From the NCBI GenBank assembly GCA_964187785.1, contig OZ076419.1, positions 22,816,001 through 22,880,000 on the forward strand: a stretch of DNA of 64,000 nt. Reading direction: 5' to 3'. Numbering within the stretch: the stretch's first letter is position 1; every line of letters starts with the position of its first letter. Below are positions 35,401 through 49,599 of the stretch, piece after piece. The notes below the pieces were generated by a model. It searched no databases. It saw nothing but the letters and a program-made list of their open reading frames with translations, and had not been told where the DNA came from. Source of the stretch: Amphiscolops sp. MND2022 (taxonomy: Eukaryota). A program made the position numbers and the translations under genes.

Positions 35401-37656
35401 ATCAAATCCGAACAAATGTTCAATGATTCGTTTACAATCAACGTCGTATATGAATTCGCAAATGATCTGGAGGAAGCCATTACGTCAAAGGGATGGAAAA
35501 CGACGAAATTCATTAGTGGACCGATTAGCCAATCAGAAGCGAGAACGAAAGTATTTACAGTATCGGAGCGAAACGGCAGTTCGCTTCAAAACGCCAAAAC
35601 AAATAAAAGTGATCAAATTGACAATCACGCTTGCAACGAATTCATGGCTGCTAATTCCAGAATCAGCGAAGTTTACGTCCAAGCTAATTATGAAAAGGAC
35701 AAACATTTGCAGAAAGTAATTAGACTAATTCAAAACTGCGATTCTTCCCAAATTGCTCGCACTCCGTCCCCTGGAGGGAAACTTTCAATTCGCTCAGTCT
35801 AGATATAAATAAATTACTCTACTTAGACGAACGGCTAGTTATCCCGAAAGACATGAGGGCGAATATCCTAACGGCAATCCATTTGGCCATGCGGGCAGAG
35901 ATGACATGTTGAGAGAAGCCGCAGACGTGTGGTGGCCTAAAGTCCACCGAGAAATAATGGAAAAAGCCAATAACTGTGCAGAATGTATCAAAGCAGGTAA
36001 AAATCTAAAATGCCTTAAAAGTCAAAAAGAGTTCGGAACGATACCTAAGGCCGAAAAGCCAAATGAGGAAACATCACTAGAATTCGCAGGCCCTTTTGAA
36101 AACGCGCCGAAGGAAACGAAATATATATTAGTTTCAGTAGATAATAATTCAGGATAGCCAGAGGCGCTATTTTCACCAAATCCGACTAAGGAACGAGTTT
36201 TAGAATATTTAGCGTAATATATAGCACAACATGGAATTTCCCAGCGTATACGGACCGATCCAGGTACAGCGTTCAAAAGTGAAAAATTTAAACAATTTTG
36301 TAGAGAGAATTTTATAAAGCATATGCTTGCCCAATAAAGGACCATAGGGAAATCGGAAGGTCGAAAGGATGATCAGAACCATTACCGAGAGACTTCGAGT
36401 GGATAATAAGGTGGTGTTAGAAAGAAAAAACAAAAACTTGTCAAGAATTCTTTTTGCGTTAAGAACAGAGAACGGCTAGGATGGGAAGTCGGCGTTTGAG
36501 CGCCATAAGAAACAAAAACCAAACACCAAAAAAACTGCAATGGTAAGCGATTTCATTTCAGACAGAGACCCCAATCTCCAAATCGAAGAAAAAGATTTCG
36601 GCCTTGATTGGACTCAACGGTGTTGATCCGCGAAAGAACCAGTGGATCCAAGCTAGAGGGAACATTTGCAGAACGAAAGGCCAAAATAGTATTGGAATCC
36701 AAGCATACTATCACCTTTTTGCCAGACAAGGGAAAGATGGTCACGTTGTCCAAAAGAGATGTGGCGCTCAAACGAATCAAAGCGGCGAAAGGGCCAACTC
36801 GTGGAAAGACGTCAAGTGAAGAAGAATTGCCACAATGCAGCAAAACGTCAGTTGAGCCCAATGTTACTGGAAGGAAACGAACAGCTCGTTCAGCATCAAC
36901 ATCCACCGAAGGAGAAAATAATGAGAGCGGGGAAAAATCAACCACGAAATGGAAACAAATAAGCAAGAGTCAGAAATAGACAAAAATCCTACAACAGAAG
37001 AAATCACAGCAAACCCGGAGCAATCCACTGAAGGCACAGAAGCAGAAGAGTGCGAGGTGACGGAGACAACAAGGTCTGAATCGGAGACAATTGGATATGG
37101 ACAGTCAGAAGAAGAAGGATAGGTTGATGAAAAGTGGCCAATTCGAGGAGAAGCAAGCTTCGATACATCAAAAAGAAAAAGGCGATATAGACGGCTGGTT
37201 ATGAGACCGGAATGGCTGGGGCAAAATATGATGATTAGTGCCTTAACCAAAGAAGACTCTGAAGAGAAGCTGAAAATGAAAAAACAATCATCATGTGAAA
37301 AACCCAATAAAAAACTGTTACTTCATTATTTAATGTTAGCTAATTGGTGAGTTAATTCGCATTTTAGTTTGTGTTACTATCCTACTAAACTGTGATGTAA
37401 ATTGAGTGACATTGACATTGAATAAAACCACACATAGTAATCCCTAGTTATTAATTGAAAAAGGGGAATGTGGTAGAGCTGTAAATTGATATGAGGTAAA
37501 CATTAACTAACATCATTATGCAATATTTACAGAAGTACCTGCCACTGCAAGAGCGTGAAAAAAAGATAAACAGTTCATTCACGCCACAAGTTGTGACACT
37601 GTCAATTTACTCAGATTTGCCATAATATTTCGTTTTGCCAAGTGGAAGCGTTGACA
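32431..37656 (+). mobile_element. Full-length but decayed Ty3/Gypsy (Mag-like) LTR retrotransposon
   Basis: LTRs 32431-32593 (163 bp) and 37469-37656 (188 bp); PBS tggcgctgtgag (tRNA-Ser type) at 32594; PPT gaaaaaggggaa; imperfect 5-bp TSD tttac/ttcac. Confidence 0.93.
32593..36979 (+). pseudogene. gag-pol: Gypsy gag-pol pseudogene
   Basis: Two zinc knuckles (CWRCGAGNYMAAHLKVC, CNYCGIKGHFDKCC), MIDTGSP protease, DARALN RT, CDARN RNase H, CAEC and EFAGPF integrase; multiple stops and frameshifts. Confidence 0.92.
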
Positions 37657-37859
37657 TTCACATAACACCTGAAGTTCAAAAACGAAAAAAACTAACTTAA
37701 AAGTATGATTTCTCATGAAAAGTCGAACGTTTTGTGTGAAAAGTGTGCCTCAAAATTTTCTTCAAATTTCAGAAACTCTTTCTACAATTGTTGATTGTTT
37801 TAGTAAATCGAAATAAATTAGCTATCTAGTACTTTTTTCAGAGAAAGGTTTTTAGAAGA

Positions 37860-38497
37860 CGTCCCCAAAATGACTCCAAAATTTGCAAAACCGGACGAGA
37901 CTAAAGGTTCTCCCCTTTCAAATTTTTTCAACGCCGTGAGACTTTTTTCGAAACTTTTTGAATGTCTCCAAAGGGTCACCCCATCGATTTTATCGGAGTC
38001 CCCCTTCAATTTTGCAGCAAACTGGAGTTTCAAAAAACCCAAAATTTCTCCCCTTATACGTTTCTGGCACTGTGAGTCTTTTTCAAAATTCTCATTTTTC
38101 GTTTGTAATTATGTTTTCTCAATATACCTCCACAAAGGTTTTTTCATTACCAATCCAAAATTCTGGTAATATCCGGAACAAAGCGCTATATCAGAATTTA
38201 GACGTTAAATCCGAACTTAATTGCGTTTTACTAGGGAGGAGGGGAAAGTTCGAAAACAGGGGCTCCGATTTGTCCCATCACGGTACATCTGAACGTTTGA
38301 CGTTATATCCGAGTTTTCATTTCAATGAGGAGGAGGCGTATTCCGAACTTCTGTGTTTTTCGAGAACGAAAGGCACCTTTACGGTGTTTCGAAACTTTTT
38401 TTCTGAGTTTTTCATGAAAACGCCCTGGGCATATTTTGAAAACTGCGCTTTTTGTGCTTTACATATAGCGCCGCCTTCAGACGTTCTTGTCTTGTTC
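37860..38497. repeat. Fragments of the DINE-1/HINE-like interspersed family
   Basis: ccccttcaattttg, caaaaaacccaaa and acgttatatccga motifs; 3'-end variant atatagcgccgccttcagacgttcttgtcttgtt ending near 38497. Confidence 0.5.
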
Positions 38498-38605
38498 CTT
38501 CAAAAAATGTTTGACAAGAACCAAAGTTTCCACTTCCCTGCATTTTTACGCCTGTGTTGGTGCGATATAGGGATTGAATATATAGGTCTCCACTCAATGC
38601 ATCTG

Positions 38606-41600
38606 AAAGCATTTCGCAGAGAATATAAAAAATAAAAGAGCAACTGCGATCTGTCAGACATCGGTGCCCTCGAGCAAGTAACTTTGAAAGCACTGCTACA
38701 AGTCGACCATCGGTTCACCACGTTTCTGTAACTAATAACTATATCTTGTTTGTGGAGATAGTATCCGGGAAGGTAACAACTTCGGACATCTAAACATGGG
38801 AATCACCTACACCTAGGAATTGATTTTTTTCTCTTTTGTAATTCTTTGCAGCTAGTTTGCTAGTTTTAAAATTTCAATATTGCAATTGACTGTGAAACAT
38901 GAAACACCTCAGAGTTCAACAAGAAAACGAATCGCAACATCTCGTGTTCTTGTTTGAGGAAAACTGAGTGATTCTTTCTGAAATTGAGGGACAGAATTGC
39001 CGAAACTTTCAATTTTTTGGTAGTTTTTCAGCTACGCGCAAGCCCTATCTATGTCGTTGTTGTGAAAAATCCGCACAAAAAAATGTAAACGCTCAAACAA
39101 AACTGATATTGCACTCCGTATTTCAAAAGTGGGTTTTGACTGCGCGTACGGTCAAACGGAATTACAAAACCGAGCACAAAACCACTGAGTGTTTGCATGC
39201 TTGTTCCAAGGAATGGAAAGCCTAGGCCACATAGCAATTGGAAATAGAAGATAACCGACGGTGGAAAAAGTCGATGCACTAACGGAATTGGCGTCTAAAA
39301 TTATTAAGGGGAAAGAGAACATGGAACTTGAACGAAAAAAGACAAGCTTGGCTGTAAATGCTGGAAAACAACATGAAAAATAAATCCCACCAATTCCCAA
39401 AAAATTTGTTACGAATGCGAGCACACTCTCACTGAGAACCACATTATGGCTGAATACGAGTCAATTCTTTGCAGCGTGCTTCTCTTCTCAAGACAATTTC
39501 TGAACAACGCTAAAAACTAAGTGAGAAATTAATTTGCTCGTAGTATTTTGGGGTCAGGAGCATTTTCGTTTCTTTCATGATCAAGCATACACATTTACAG
39601 ATCATCAACCGCTACAACTTTTACATCAGCTCGTACGGCAAATAGAGCACACGTTCGGTCAACTGTTTATAGCAAATCTGTTATCGTACAAAATCTGTGT
39701 AGTAGCATGAAAATTTCTTGATTCAAAACCCGAAGAACGAAGCAACAGCCAAAAGATGTGAACGAATATGATCAGTAATTCGTAATGTATGAGTAATTAA
39801 CTTTACTAGCTGATTGAATTATCATTACCAGCGGCGGAAGGCTTCAAACTTAGAATGTGCCATAACATGCTCAAAAAGGCGGTAGCAAATTCTAAGAAAT
39901 TTCAGAGATCCAAAGGAAGCCTGAAAAATCAATTAGTGGTTCATAACTGTCAGAATGACTTGGCGCCCTTGTACGACGGATGTTTGGGCCACTCTCTTTT
40001 CTGCTGTAAGAGGAAATTGTTTTGACCAAGATAGTAATTTCTCCAATCTGACGGTTCATATCGTTGAACCGTTTCTCTCTCCGAATTCTTTCATGTTCTC
40101 TTTCTTGATTGACTAGTTTTCGCTATATATCGCGCTATATGAACCATTCGAATAAAGATCAAGCAAGTTTGCAATACTGTCGTTGTCGCTAAATATATCT
40201 GTATTAACTGACACAGTTTGATGGTTTTTGAGGTTTCTAGATCTTGGTAGCAAAATGTTTTCGTATTGTTACCACAACGGTGGTTTACAGTAGATGACTG
40301 GTATGCCTGGTCGTAATGGCAACAGTTTTCTAAGTAAGCTCCACCTTTTGCGCTACGGCTGCTTCAATTATAACCGCGTGTTAACGTCACGTGGCCAAAC
40401 ACTCCACTGTGGTTGGTCGATGGTAGAGGTGTTAATTGTTGCGGAATGGCATTATGTACGACCACTTAGTGCAGTCGTTCTCAATCATCTTATATGCATC
40501 TGTGAATATACTACTTTTACACGTGTTATTGCACTGATGAGCTAATGCAAATGGATGATAGCTTGCCATGCCAATACTAGTGACGACTAACGATCACAGT
40601 TGTTGCTGTAATGATATTGATGCTTTTCCAATTGACGAATCACGATATTTCGAATATTTAAACTGATGCTATGATTGCTACACGATCGAGAAAATGAAAT
40701 ATAGCAATTTGCATGTAAGCCCAATAAATGTTATGCTTATGACGACTGGTCAGGCCGGTCGTCTCTTTATATGATTCATAAACTACTGGAAAAAAAATAA
40801 ATTTTGGAAATTGTGACGACTGGAAGGTGTATTTGTTTAACAATTCATGCTTTTAGGAATGGCAATAACTTTTCGTGGGGAAAATTTCCGAGAAAAAAGT
40901 TACACGTTGCCAAGGATCTGTTGTACTTTTTTGATGGCGGAAATCTTGTATAAACGAGTAAAAGTCAACGAGAGGACTTATCAGCTCCTGATTGTTCATT
41001 TTAGTTCCCAAGATAAAAGATACTGAAAACCGGACCTTTCAGTATCTAAATTGTTCTCTCAAAAAATGAAGAAAAAAACTTGGAAAAGTCCGGCACTTTT
41101 TCTGACAAGAAGCGCCGACTAAAAACTTGCTACTGTAAAGCGTAGTCCAAAACGTGAAAACAATTCTTCTGTCTGGACCTTCATTTACTTCATCGTGGGG
41201 GAAGAAATGCAATAAATTGATGCCGGTCCATTTTTGGTTTCGGGTTCAGTAAAAACCTGAAAAATTCTTTTAAGTATTGAATTTTACACAAATCTCTTGA
41301 AAAAAATACACATGGTTTCATACAATTGGGTTAACCCGTCACCCAAAATAGAAGATCTCAATTTGGTTATCAGCCCGTTTTCTTAACGTTTGTCTGATAT
41401 CTCGACTAAAAATTGTTTATCTAAAAGCTAATAGAAAAATCGAAGTATAGAAAAATATTGAGAAACGTGGTTGGTCACTTTGCAAGCCTTAATCTATTGC
41501 GTCATTGAATGAAACATTTATAACAGCTTCATTACGCCAACTAACTGCTGTTGGGTCATTCCAGCATGTACTAATTTTCTCGTTGCTATTCAGTCAAGAA

Positions 41601-44600
41601 GTTGTTCTTCTGAAAAATCTGGTTTCAAGTTTTCATCCAGAAAAGTTAAACGTTGATCCAATAAAAGTCAACATCCATGTTAACAAAATTCCACTTTTTT
41701 ATTCGAAAAAAAATAGGCAAACCTATTAAATAAACGTCCGCAAATAGTGTAATTGTCTCTTGGAAACTACTCTCAATTGATTTCAATTCCAGATCATTTT
41801 GGTGATTCGTTTGGGCAATGAAACTACAACGTTCACAAAGATTTAATGGTCGTGAGTATGTCTATGAGTGTCAGGAGGTCTTTTCATGTTCTTCAAGGTC
41901 AAATGCTCCTTGATGTGACCGTTGTTGAGTTTCTGTTCAGAACAGTGACCTTGAAACCAGTTATCGCATAGCTTGGTCGACCACGCTGGGCACATGTCAG
42001 AATAAGTACATAAGGAAAGTAAAACTAGAAGAAAAAGAAAAATTGTAATACAAAAAACAATAAAAGAAGTTATACAGCAATTGATAAAACAATGTTTTTT
42101 CGACGAACTAATTGCCGACGCGCTGCAACGTCGGCACTTGGAAGCAGACCCGTAACGGGACTCCCAAATTTCCGACTTCGTGAGGTCAATGAACTCTTCG
42201 GTCAAACTCTTGAAGGTCACGCGAAAGTTTCTCAGGGAATGTTGGAGAGGAATAATTCTTTATGAACCTGCGGGCAAAAGCATTTCGCAGAGAATATTAA
42301 AAATAACTGCGATCTGTCAGACATCGATGCCCTAGAGCAAGTTACTTTGAAACCACTGCTACAAGTCGACCATCGGTTGACCACGTTTCTGTAACTAATG
42401 TACTATATCTTGTTTGGGGAGATAGTATCCGGAAAGGTAACAACTTCGGACATCTAAACATGGGAATCACCTACACCTAGGAATTGATTTTTTGCTCTTT
42501 TGTAATTCTTTGCAGCTAGTTTGCTAGTTTTAAAATTTCAAAATTGCAATTGACTGTGAAACATGAAACACCTCATAGTTCAACAACAAAACAAATCCCA
42601 ACATCTCGTGTCCTTGTTCGACGAAGAACTGAGTGATTCTTTCTGAAATTGAGAGACAGAATTGCCAAAACTTTCATTTTTTGGTAGTTTTTCAGCTACG
42701 CTCCAGCCTTATCTATGTTGTTGTTGTGAAAAATCCGCACGAAAAAATGTAAATGCTCAGACAAAACTGATATTGCACTCCGTATTTCAAAAGTGGATTT
42801 TGACTACGCGTACGGTCAAACAGAATTACAAAACCGAGCACAAAACCACTGAGTGTTTGCATGCTTGTTCCAAGGAACGGAAAGCTTAGGCCACATAGCA
42901 ATTGGAAATAGAAGATAACCGACGGTGGAAAAAGTCGATGCACTAACGGAATTGGCGTCTAAAATTATTAAGGGGAAAGAGAACATGGAACTTGAACGAA
43001 AAAAGACAAGCTTGGCTGTAAATGCTGGAAAACAACATGAAAAATAAATCCCACCAATTCCCAAAAAATTTGTTACGAATGCGAGCACACTCTCACTGAG
43101 AACCACATTATGGCTGAATACGAGTCAATTCTTTGAAGCGTGCTTCTCTTCTCAAGACAATTTCTGAACAACGCTAAAAACTAAGTGAGAAATTAATTTG
43201 CTCGTAGTATTTTGGGGTCAGGAGCATTTTCGTTTCTTTCATGATCAAGCATACACATTTACAGATCATCAACCGCTACAACTTTACATCAGCTCGTACG
43301 GCAAATAGAGCACACGTTCGGTCAACTGTTTATAGCAAATCTGTTATCGTACAAAATCTGTGTAGTAGCATGAAAATTTCTTGATTCAAAACCCGAAGAA
43401 CGAAGCAACAGCCAAAAGATGTGAACGAATATGATCAGTAATTCGTAATGTATGAGTAATTAACTTTACTAGCTGATTGAATTATCATTACCAGCGGCGG
43501 AAGGCTTCAAACTTAGAATGTGCCATAACATGCTCAAAAAGGCGGTAGCAAATTCTAAGAAATTTCAGAGATCCAAAGGAAGCCTGAAAAATCAATTAGT
43601 GGTTCATAACTGTCAGAATGACTTGGCGCCCTTGTACGACGGATGTTTGGGCCACTCTCTTTTCTGCTGTAAGAGGAAATTGTTTTGACCAAGATAGTAA
43701 TTTCTCCAATCTGATGGTTCATATCGTTGAACCGTTTCTCTCTCCGAATTCTTTCATGTTCTCTTTCTTGATTGACTAGTTTTCGCTATATATCGCGCTA
43801 TATGAACCATTCGAATAAAGATCAAGCAAGTTTGCAATACTGTCGTTGTCGCTAAATATATCTGTATTAACTGACACAGTTTGATGATTTTTGAGGTTTC
43901 TAGATCTTGGTAGCAAAATGTTTTCGTATTGTTACCACAACGGTGGTTTACAGTAGATGACTGGTATGCCTGGTCGTAATGGCAACAGTTTTCTAAGTGA
44001 GCTCCACCTTTTGCGCTACGGCTGCTTCAATTATAACCGCGTGTTAACGTCACGAGGCCAAACACTCCACTGTGGTTGGTCGATGGTAGAGGTGTTAATT
44101 GTTGCGGAATGGCATTATGTACGACCACTTAGTGCAGTCGTTCTCAATCATCATATATGCATCTGTGAATATACTACTTTTACACGTGTTATTGCACTGA
44201 TGAGCTAATGCAAATGGATGATAGCTTGCCATGCCAATACTAGTGACGACTAACGATCACAGTTGTTGCTGTAATGATATTGATGCTTTTCCAATTGACG
44301 AATCACGATATTTCGAATATTTAAACTGATGCTATGATTGCTACACGATCGAGAATATGAAATATAGCAATTTGCATGTAAGCCCAATAAATGTTATGCT
44401 TATGACGACTGGTCAGGCCGGTCGTCTCTTTATATGATTCATAAACTACTGGAAAAAAAATAAATTTTGGAAATTGTGACGACTGGAAGGTGTATTTGTT
44501 TAACAATTCATGCTTTTAGGAATGGCAATAACTTTTCGTGGGGAAAATTTCCGAGAAAAAAGTTCCACGTTGCCAAGGATCTGTTGTACTTTTTTGATGG

Positions 44601-45946
44601 CGGAAATCTTGTATAAACGAGTAAAAGTCAACGAGAGGACTTATCAGCTCCTGATTGTTCATTTTAGTTCCCAAGATAAAAGATACTGAAAACCGGACCT
44701 TTCAGTATCTAAATTGTCATCTCAAAAAATGAAGAAAAAAACTTGGAAAAGTCCGGCACTTTTTCTGACAAGAAGCGCCGACTAAAAACTTGCTACTGTA
44801 AAGCGTAGTCCAAAACGTGAAAACAATTCTTCTGTCTGGACCTTCATTTACTTCATCGTGGGGGAAGAAATGCAATAAATTGATGCCGGTCCATTTTTGG
44901 TTTCGGGTTCAGTAAAAACCTGAAAAATTATTTTAAGTATTGAATTTTACACAAATCTCTTGAAAAAAATACACATGGTTTCATACAATTGGGTTAACCC
45001 GTCACCCAAAATAGAAGATCTCAATTTGGTTATCAGCCCGTTTTCTTAACGTTTGTCTGATATCTCGACTAAAAATTGTTTATCTAAAAGCTAATAGAAA
45101 AATCGAAGTATAGAAAAATACTGAGAAACGTGGTTGGTCACTTTGCAAGCCTTAATCTATTGCGTCATTGAATGAAACATTTATAACAGCTTCATTACGC
45201 CAACTAACTGCTGTTGGGTCATTCCAGCATGTACTAATTTTCTCGACAGTATTCAGTCAAGAAGTTGTTCTTCTGAAAAATCTGGTTTCAAGTTTTCATC
45301 CAGAAAAGTTAAACGTTGATCCAATAAAAGTCAACATCCATGTTAACAAAATTCCACTTTTTTATTCGAAAAAAAAATAGGCAAACCTATTAAATAAACG
45401 TCCGCAAATAGTGTAATTGTCTCTTGGAAACTACTCTCAATTGATTTCAATTCCAGATCATTTTGGTGATTCGTTTGGGCAATGAAACTACAACGTTTAC
45501 AAAGATTTAATGGTCGTGAGTATGTCTATGAGTCTCAGGAGGTGGTCTTTTCATGTTCTTCAAGGTCAAATGCTCTTTGATGTGACCGTTGTTGAGTTTC
45601 TGTTCAGAACAGTGACCTTGAAACCAGTTATCGCATAGCTTGGTCGACCACGCCGGGCACATGTCAGAATAAGTACATAAGGAAAGTAAAACTAGAAGAA
45701 AAAGGAAAATTGTAATACAAAAAACAATAAAAGAAGTTATACAGCAATTGATAAAACAATGTTTTTTCGACGAACTGATTGCCGACGCGCTGCAACGTCG
45801 GCACTTGGAAGCAGACCCGTAACGGGACTCCCAAATTTCCGACTTCGTGAGGTCAATGAACTCTTCGGTCAAACTCTTGAAGGTCACGCGAAAGTTTTTC
45901 TCAGGGAATGTTGGAGAGGAATAATTCTTTATGAACCTGCGGGCAA
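38606..45946 (+). repeat. Head-to-tail tandem duplication of a 3.67-kb mostly non-coding unit (38606-42277 and 42278-45946)
   Basis: Duplicated ORF pairs offset by 3663-3664 bp; junction gcgggcaa|aagcatttcgc at about 42277. Confidence 0.95.
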
Positions 45947-47049
45947 GGTGTCCATATTAAAATGAGTCATCTACGTTGAAGCAGCCAATTCAAATCACGA
46001 GCATTGTTTTTGTAGGAATCTTTAGCGACCAGATTTCAAAGGTTTTGGAAGTCTCGAAAAGTTGAAAGTAACAAATTTACCGATTTTTTTCAAAACTTTA
46101 CTTGTTCGCAAAATACCGAAGTTTTGCTGTATCATCTCAAACGTTTTACATTTTTGAGAATGTACATCAGCTTCACTCCACAAAGTATTCAAACCTTCTA
46201 TGACTATTGTCTGCCTTTTTCGAAATATGAAAGAAAACGCTTTCAATCATTACTGACGTGTTTTTTACTCGGCGAATTTTGTAATTAAGAGTGTCCTAAT
46301 ATTACAGTGATTAGTATTTTCCTGAACCCAGAATGTAGCTCACTTTTTAACAGACTCTTAGCCTAAGGTTGAAAAAAGACCCAAGTTGTCCCAAAGTTTC
46401 TCTCTTAGGTTATCAGTTTTTTTTACTTGACTACAAAACTTAATTAGATCAAGAAACACTTTGCGACATTTTTTCGAAAAGTTTCCAATCACCAAACGGT
46501 TTTTTTAGCTTCTCATTTTCCATTTAGATAATTTTTGACACTTTCAGAACATTTAAACGACTTCGATGAGCTGTTTGAGCCGAAAACGGGGCTCCGATAT
46601 TAAACGTTCCTGTCTTGCTTTTAATTATGCCAAGAACGATCATTCTTTCAAAAAGCGGCTCTGTGTAGTTAGTTTCTTGACTTTCGATAAAAAGAGCTTC
46701 CGAGTAAAAATTGTTGGGAACTTGAGTCATTCAGGCCTCAAGAACTAGGACCTTCAGATTTTTTGCGTGATCATAAATTGGGACACCCTGCCTTGGGAGT
46801 GATCCGTAGGGATCCGTGTTTCGACGGGGTCTGTGGAAACTTCTTTGGAGACTGTTCTCCCCCGAAGCTCTGCGGAGACTGAAACTGGGGGTTCTCACTA
46901 ATGACCCTACCCGAGATATTTTTCGTCTCGTGTACGATGGGTTTCCTTAGTTACGAGTGTGCAGTGTTTTGCATTTTATAATTTTGAAAAAAAACCTGAA
47001 AAATTTTTTGATGAAAATTCTTTTGCGAACACTGTATACTAACTCTATC

Positions 47050-47436
47050 ATACGGTTACATGACATTTCGTCCTATGCATTTTCAAACTAGTGCATTTTC
47101 AACCTTCCGCAATTACAACCTAACTAATTTTGGCTAATTCGGTTAAGGTAATATTTTATTGTAATTAGAATTAAATCCAACAACTAACTATCCAGGAAGT
47201 AGCCAAAATCTCATCAAACCTGTCGTGAAAGTTATAATTGCCAACATAATTGGCTTTAGAAATGGATGAAAAAGAAAACAACGTGAAATAATTACAAAAC
47301 TTATCAGGATCAATTGGCCAAAATTAGTATAAATCGAAATTGTAGAAAGTTGAAAATGCAATGGGTTGAAATTGCGAGCGGTTGAAGAGGCAACGGTGGA
47401 AATTGCATAGGATGAAACGTCCTGACACTCGATCAT
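47050..47436. mobile_element. MITE with long imperfect TIRs
   Basis: gacatttcgtcctatgcattttcaa...actaattttggctaatt (47062-47130) is inverted relative to aattggccaaaattagt...gcataggatgaaacgtc (47311-47421). Confidence 0.6.
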
Positions 47437-47780
47437 ACATGTACGTTTCTTAGTGTTATCCTACTTCGGTACCATACCAATCGTAGTACAAATCGTGATA
47501 TGATCATAGATAGAACCATGGAGGTTTTGGCGCGACCGAGGCTTGATTGTACTACAACCGTGCTACGAATTGCTTGGATTGACTATCCGGGTAGGTTCAA
47601 TTCGTTGAAACTGCGGTGGTTGAGTTATGTATTCAGTTGAATAAAGATCGGCATCGAGACGGGTTAAGGTGATATTGCTTGCTGAAATCAATAACAGTAA
47701 AGCGTTTTTAAAAGTAGGAATGAAATATTTGCAACATTTGAAGTTGACACGTTTTTTAAGTAATGCTACAATTTGTATTT

Positions 47781-49276
47781 TTTAGTCGGCGCTTTTCTAG
47801 AAAAGAGCCGACTATTGTCATGGCTTATCGTCAGTGTTTTTAAGGCGACGAGCGAAGCGAGAGGCCTTATTGTTTGCGTCGGGTTTTTTTTCGCAAAAAC
47901 GTGACATCTCTCTGCATTTGTAAAAGTTTCGGCTAATTTTCTCCAAGCCCATTTTTCCGAGACAATTCAAAATTTTGAAAACAGAACCGCAACTGAATGC
48001 CTTTTCTCGCCATGTAAGAAGGTTCCAAAAATTTTCCGCCTGGGCGATTTTATTAACTTCGAAAACACGATTTTTGCGAAAATTTTTTAGGGTTTTTTCC
48101 TTTTTGCGTAATTTTACCACTTGAACCATATCGAACCGTCTCAAAATATGTACCAACTGACGCAAGAGGATGTCTTCTTTAAAGTCGTGAAGGTTTCTTT
48201 ATCAATTTTCGGGCGTTGAGAAAATGGCGATTTAAAATCAAAGTTTTTTTCGGGTTTTCCGCGAAAATATTTTCTAAATGTACTTTGCTCAATTTTACTA
48301 CTTAAACGATATCGATCCGGCTCATAATTAGTACCGACCGACGCAAGAGGATGTCCTCTCTAAGCTCATGAATCTTTCATTATCCTACGATCACTGGTCG
48401 TTGAGAAAATGGCGAATAAAAATCGGAAATTTTTTCGTTTTTTCGCTAAAAAAAAGTGCATTTTGACGTACCCCATGCAATTGGGCTTCCTTGGGCGCAC
48501 TTCCGTAGAACCCAATACTCCTGGGCCCTCTCGGAGTTTTTCCGAGATTTTTAGGTTGGCGCGATTTTCTAAGCTTCGGAAACGTGAAATTTTTCGCCGA
48601 TTGATAAACCACATCAAACCGGCCAAACATAGGCGTCAGCTGACGTATCAGGACCCCTCTTTTCACTAGCTGAAGGTTTGTTACTGGGAGTTGAAAAATG
48701 GCGATTAAAACTGGATTTTTTTTGGTAATCACTGGAAATTATTGTAAATCACTTCGTCTCGTACAAGTGACCTAGCCAACGCTCTTTGACATAATACAAT
48801 GAAAGATCATATGATCCCTGGACACCAACTGGAATCTAATTTTCCTTGATGAATAATTCGAAGCCTCGAAGAGATCGTCTGCTCGGAGCCGTCGCGCAAT
48901 GGCAGTTGCACCTATGTTTTTTTAAGACCACCTGAACTGACCATAATAGTTCTACCAAACTTTCTACAAAATTTTAAGAAGACCCCAAAATGTACCTGTT
49001 GGCCCAAGGAACTGAACCAAAAAAGTTTCCCGCGTGTTGTACAATACCGGACGAGACCAAAGGGTCCCCCCTTTAGATTTTTTGGAGTTTTGCAACAGGG
49101 TGGATGTTGAAAAATCCCAAAGGGTCCTCTCTTTCAGTTTTTTTCGGCATTGTGAGACTTTTTTCAAAAAAAATTCATAAAAGGGTTCCCAATTCACCAA
49201 TACTTTGAAATTTTGAAGTCCTTTTGCTATTTTGAGCCTTGGATATGGCGCCGACTGGGGCCGTTCCCGGCTTGTT
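47781..49276 (+). mobile_element. DINE-1/HINE-like element (copy B, possibly composite) with internal degenerate tandem subrepeats
   Basis: 32-bp palindrome tagtcggc-g-cttttctagaaaag-a-gccgacta at 47783-47814; 3' ggcgccgact plus gccgttcccggc hairpin plus ttgtt at 49247-49276; related blocks start at 48126, 48307 and 48609. Confidence 0.55.
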
Positions 49277-49599
49277 ACGAATTGCAATTGAAACAACACT
49301 GATAATTCAAGCTGTTATGCCAGACTGACACATGATTCAATAAAAACATCTGTAAAAATTGTAATAATTTTTTCACGTATTGCAGATCTACTTTTAAAAT
49401 AAAAATGACCCGCGAATTAGATGAGTTATTTGGGTTCGATTTTGCAACTTTTAAATTATTTCCGCAGCTTTTCTGCGCAATATCTTGAAAGCATGGTAAT
49501 TGCAGCATAACTATTTTCTTACAATTAACCGGTCATTCTGAAATTCCGGAAATAATGGCTAACCCTCCTTTACTTCAGATACATTTTCATAGAAATTTC

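Noticed and set aside
41843-42220. 125/126-aa minus-strand ORF duplicated at 45507-45887
   Set aside because: No ATG context or motif, hydrophobic core is a T-rich tract; conservation only reflects the recent duplication. A small exon here cannot be excluded.
47188-47436. 82-aa hydrophobic minus-strand ORF
   Set aside because: Lies within the inverted-repeat arm of a MITE.
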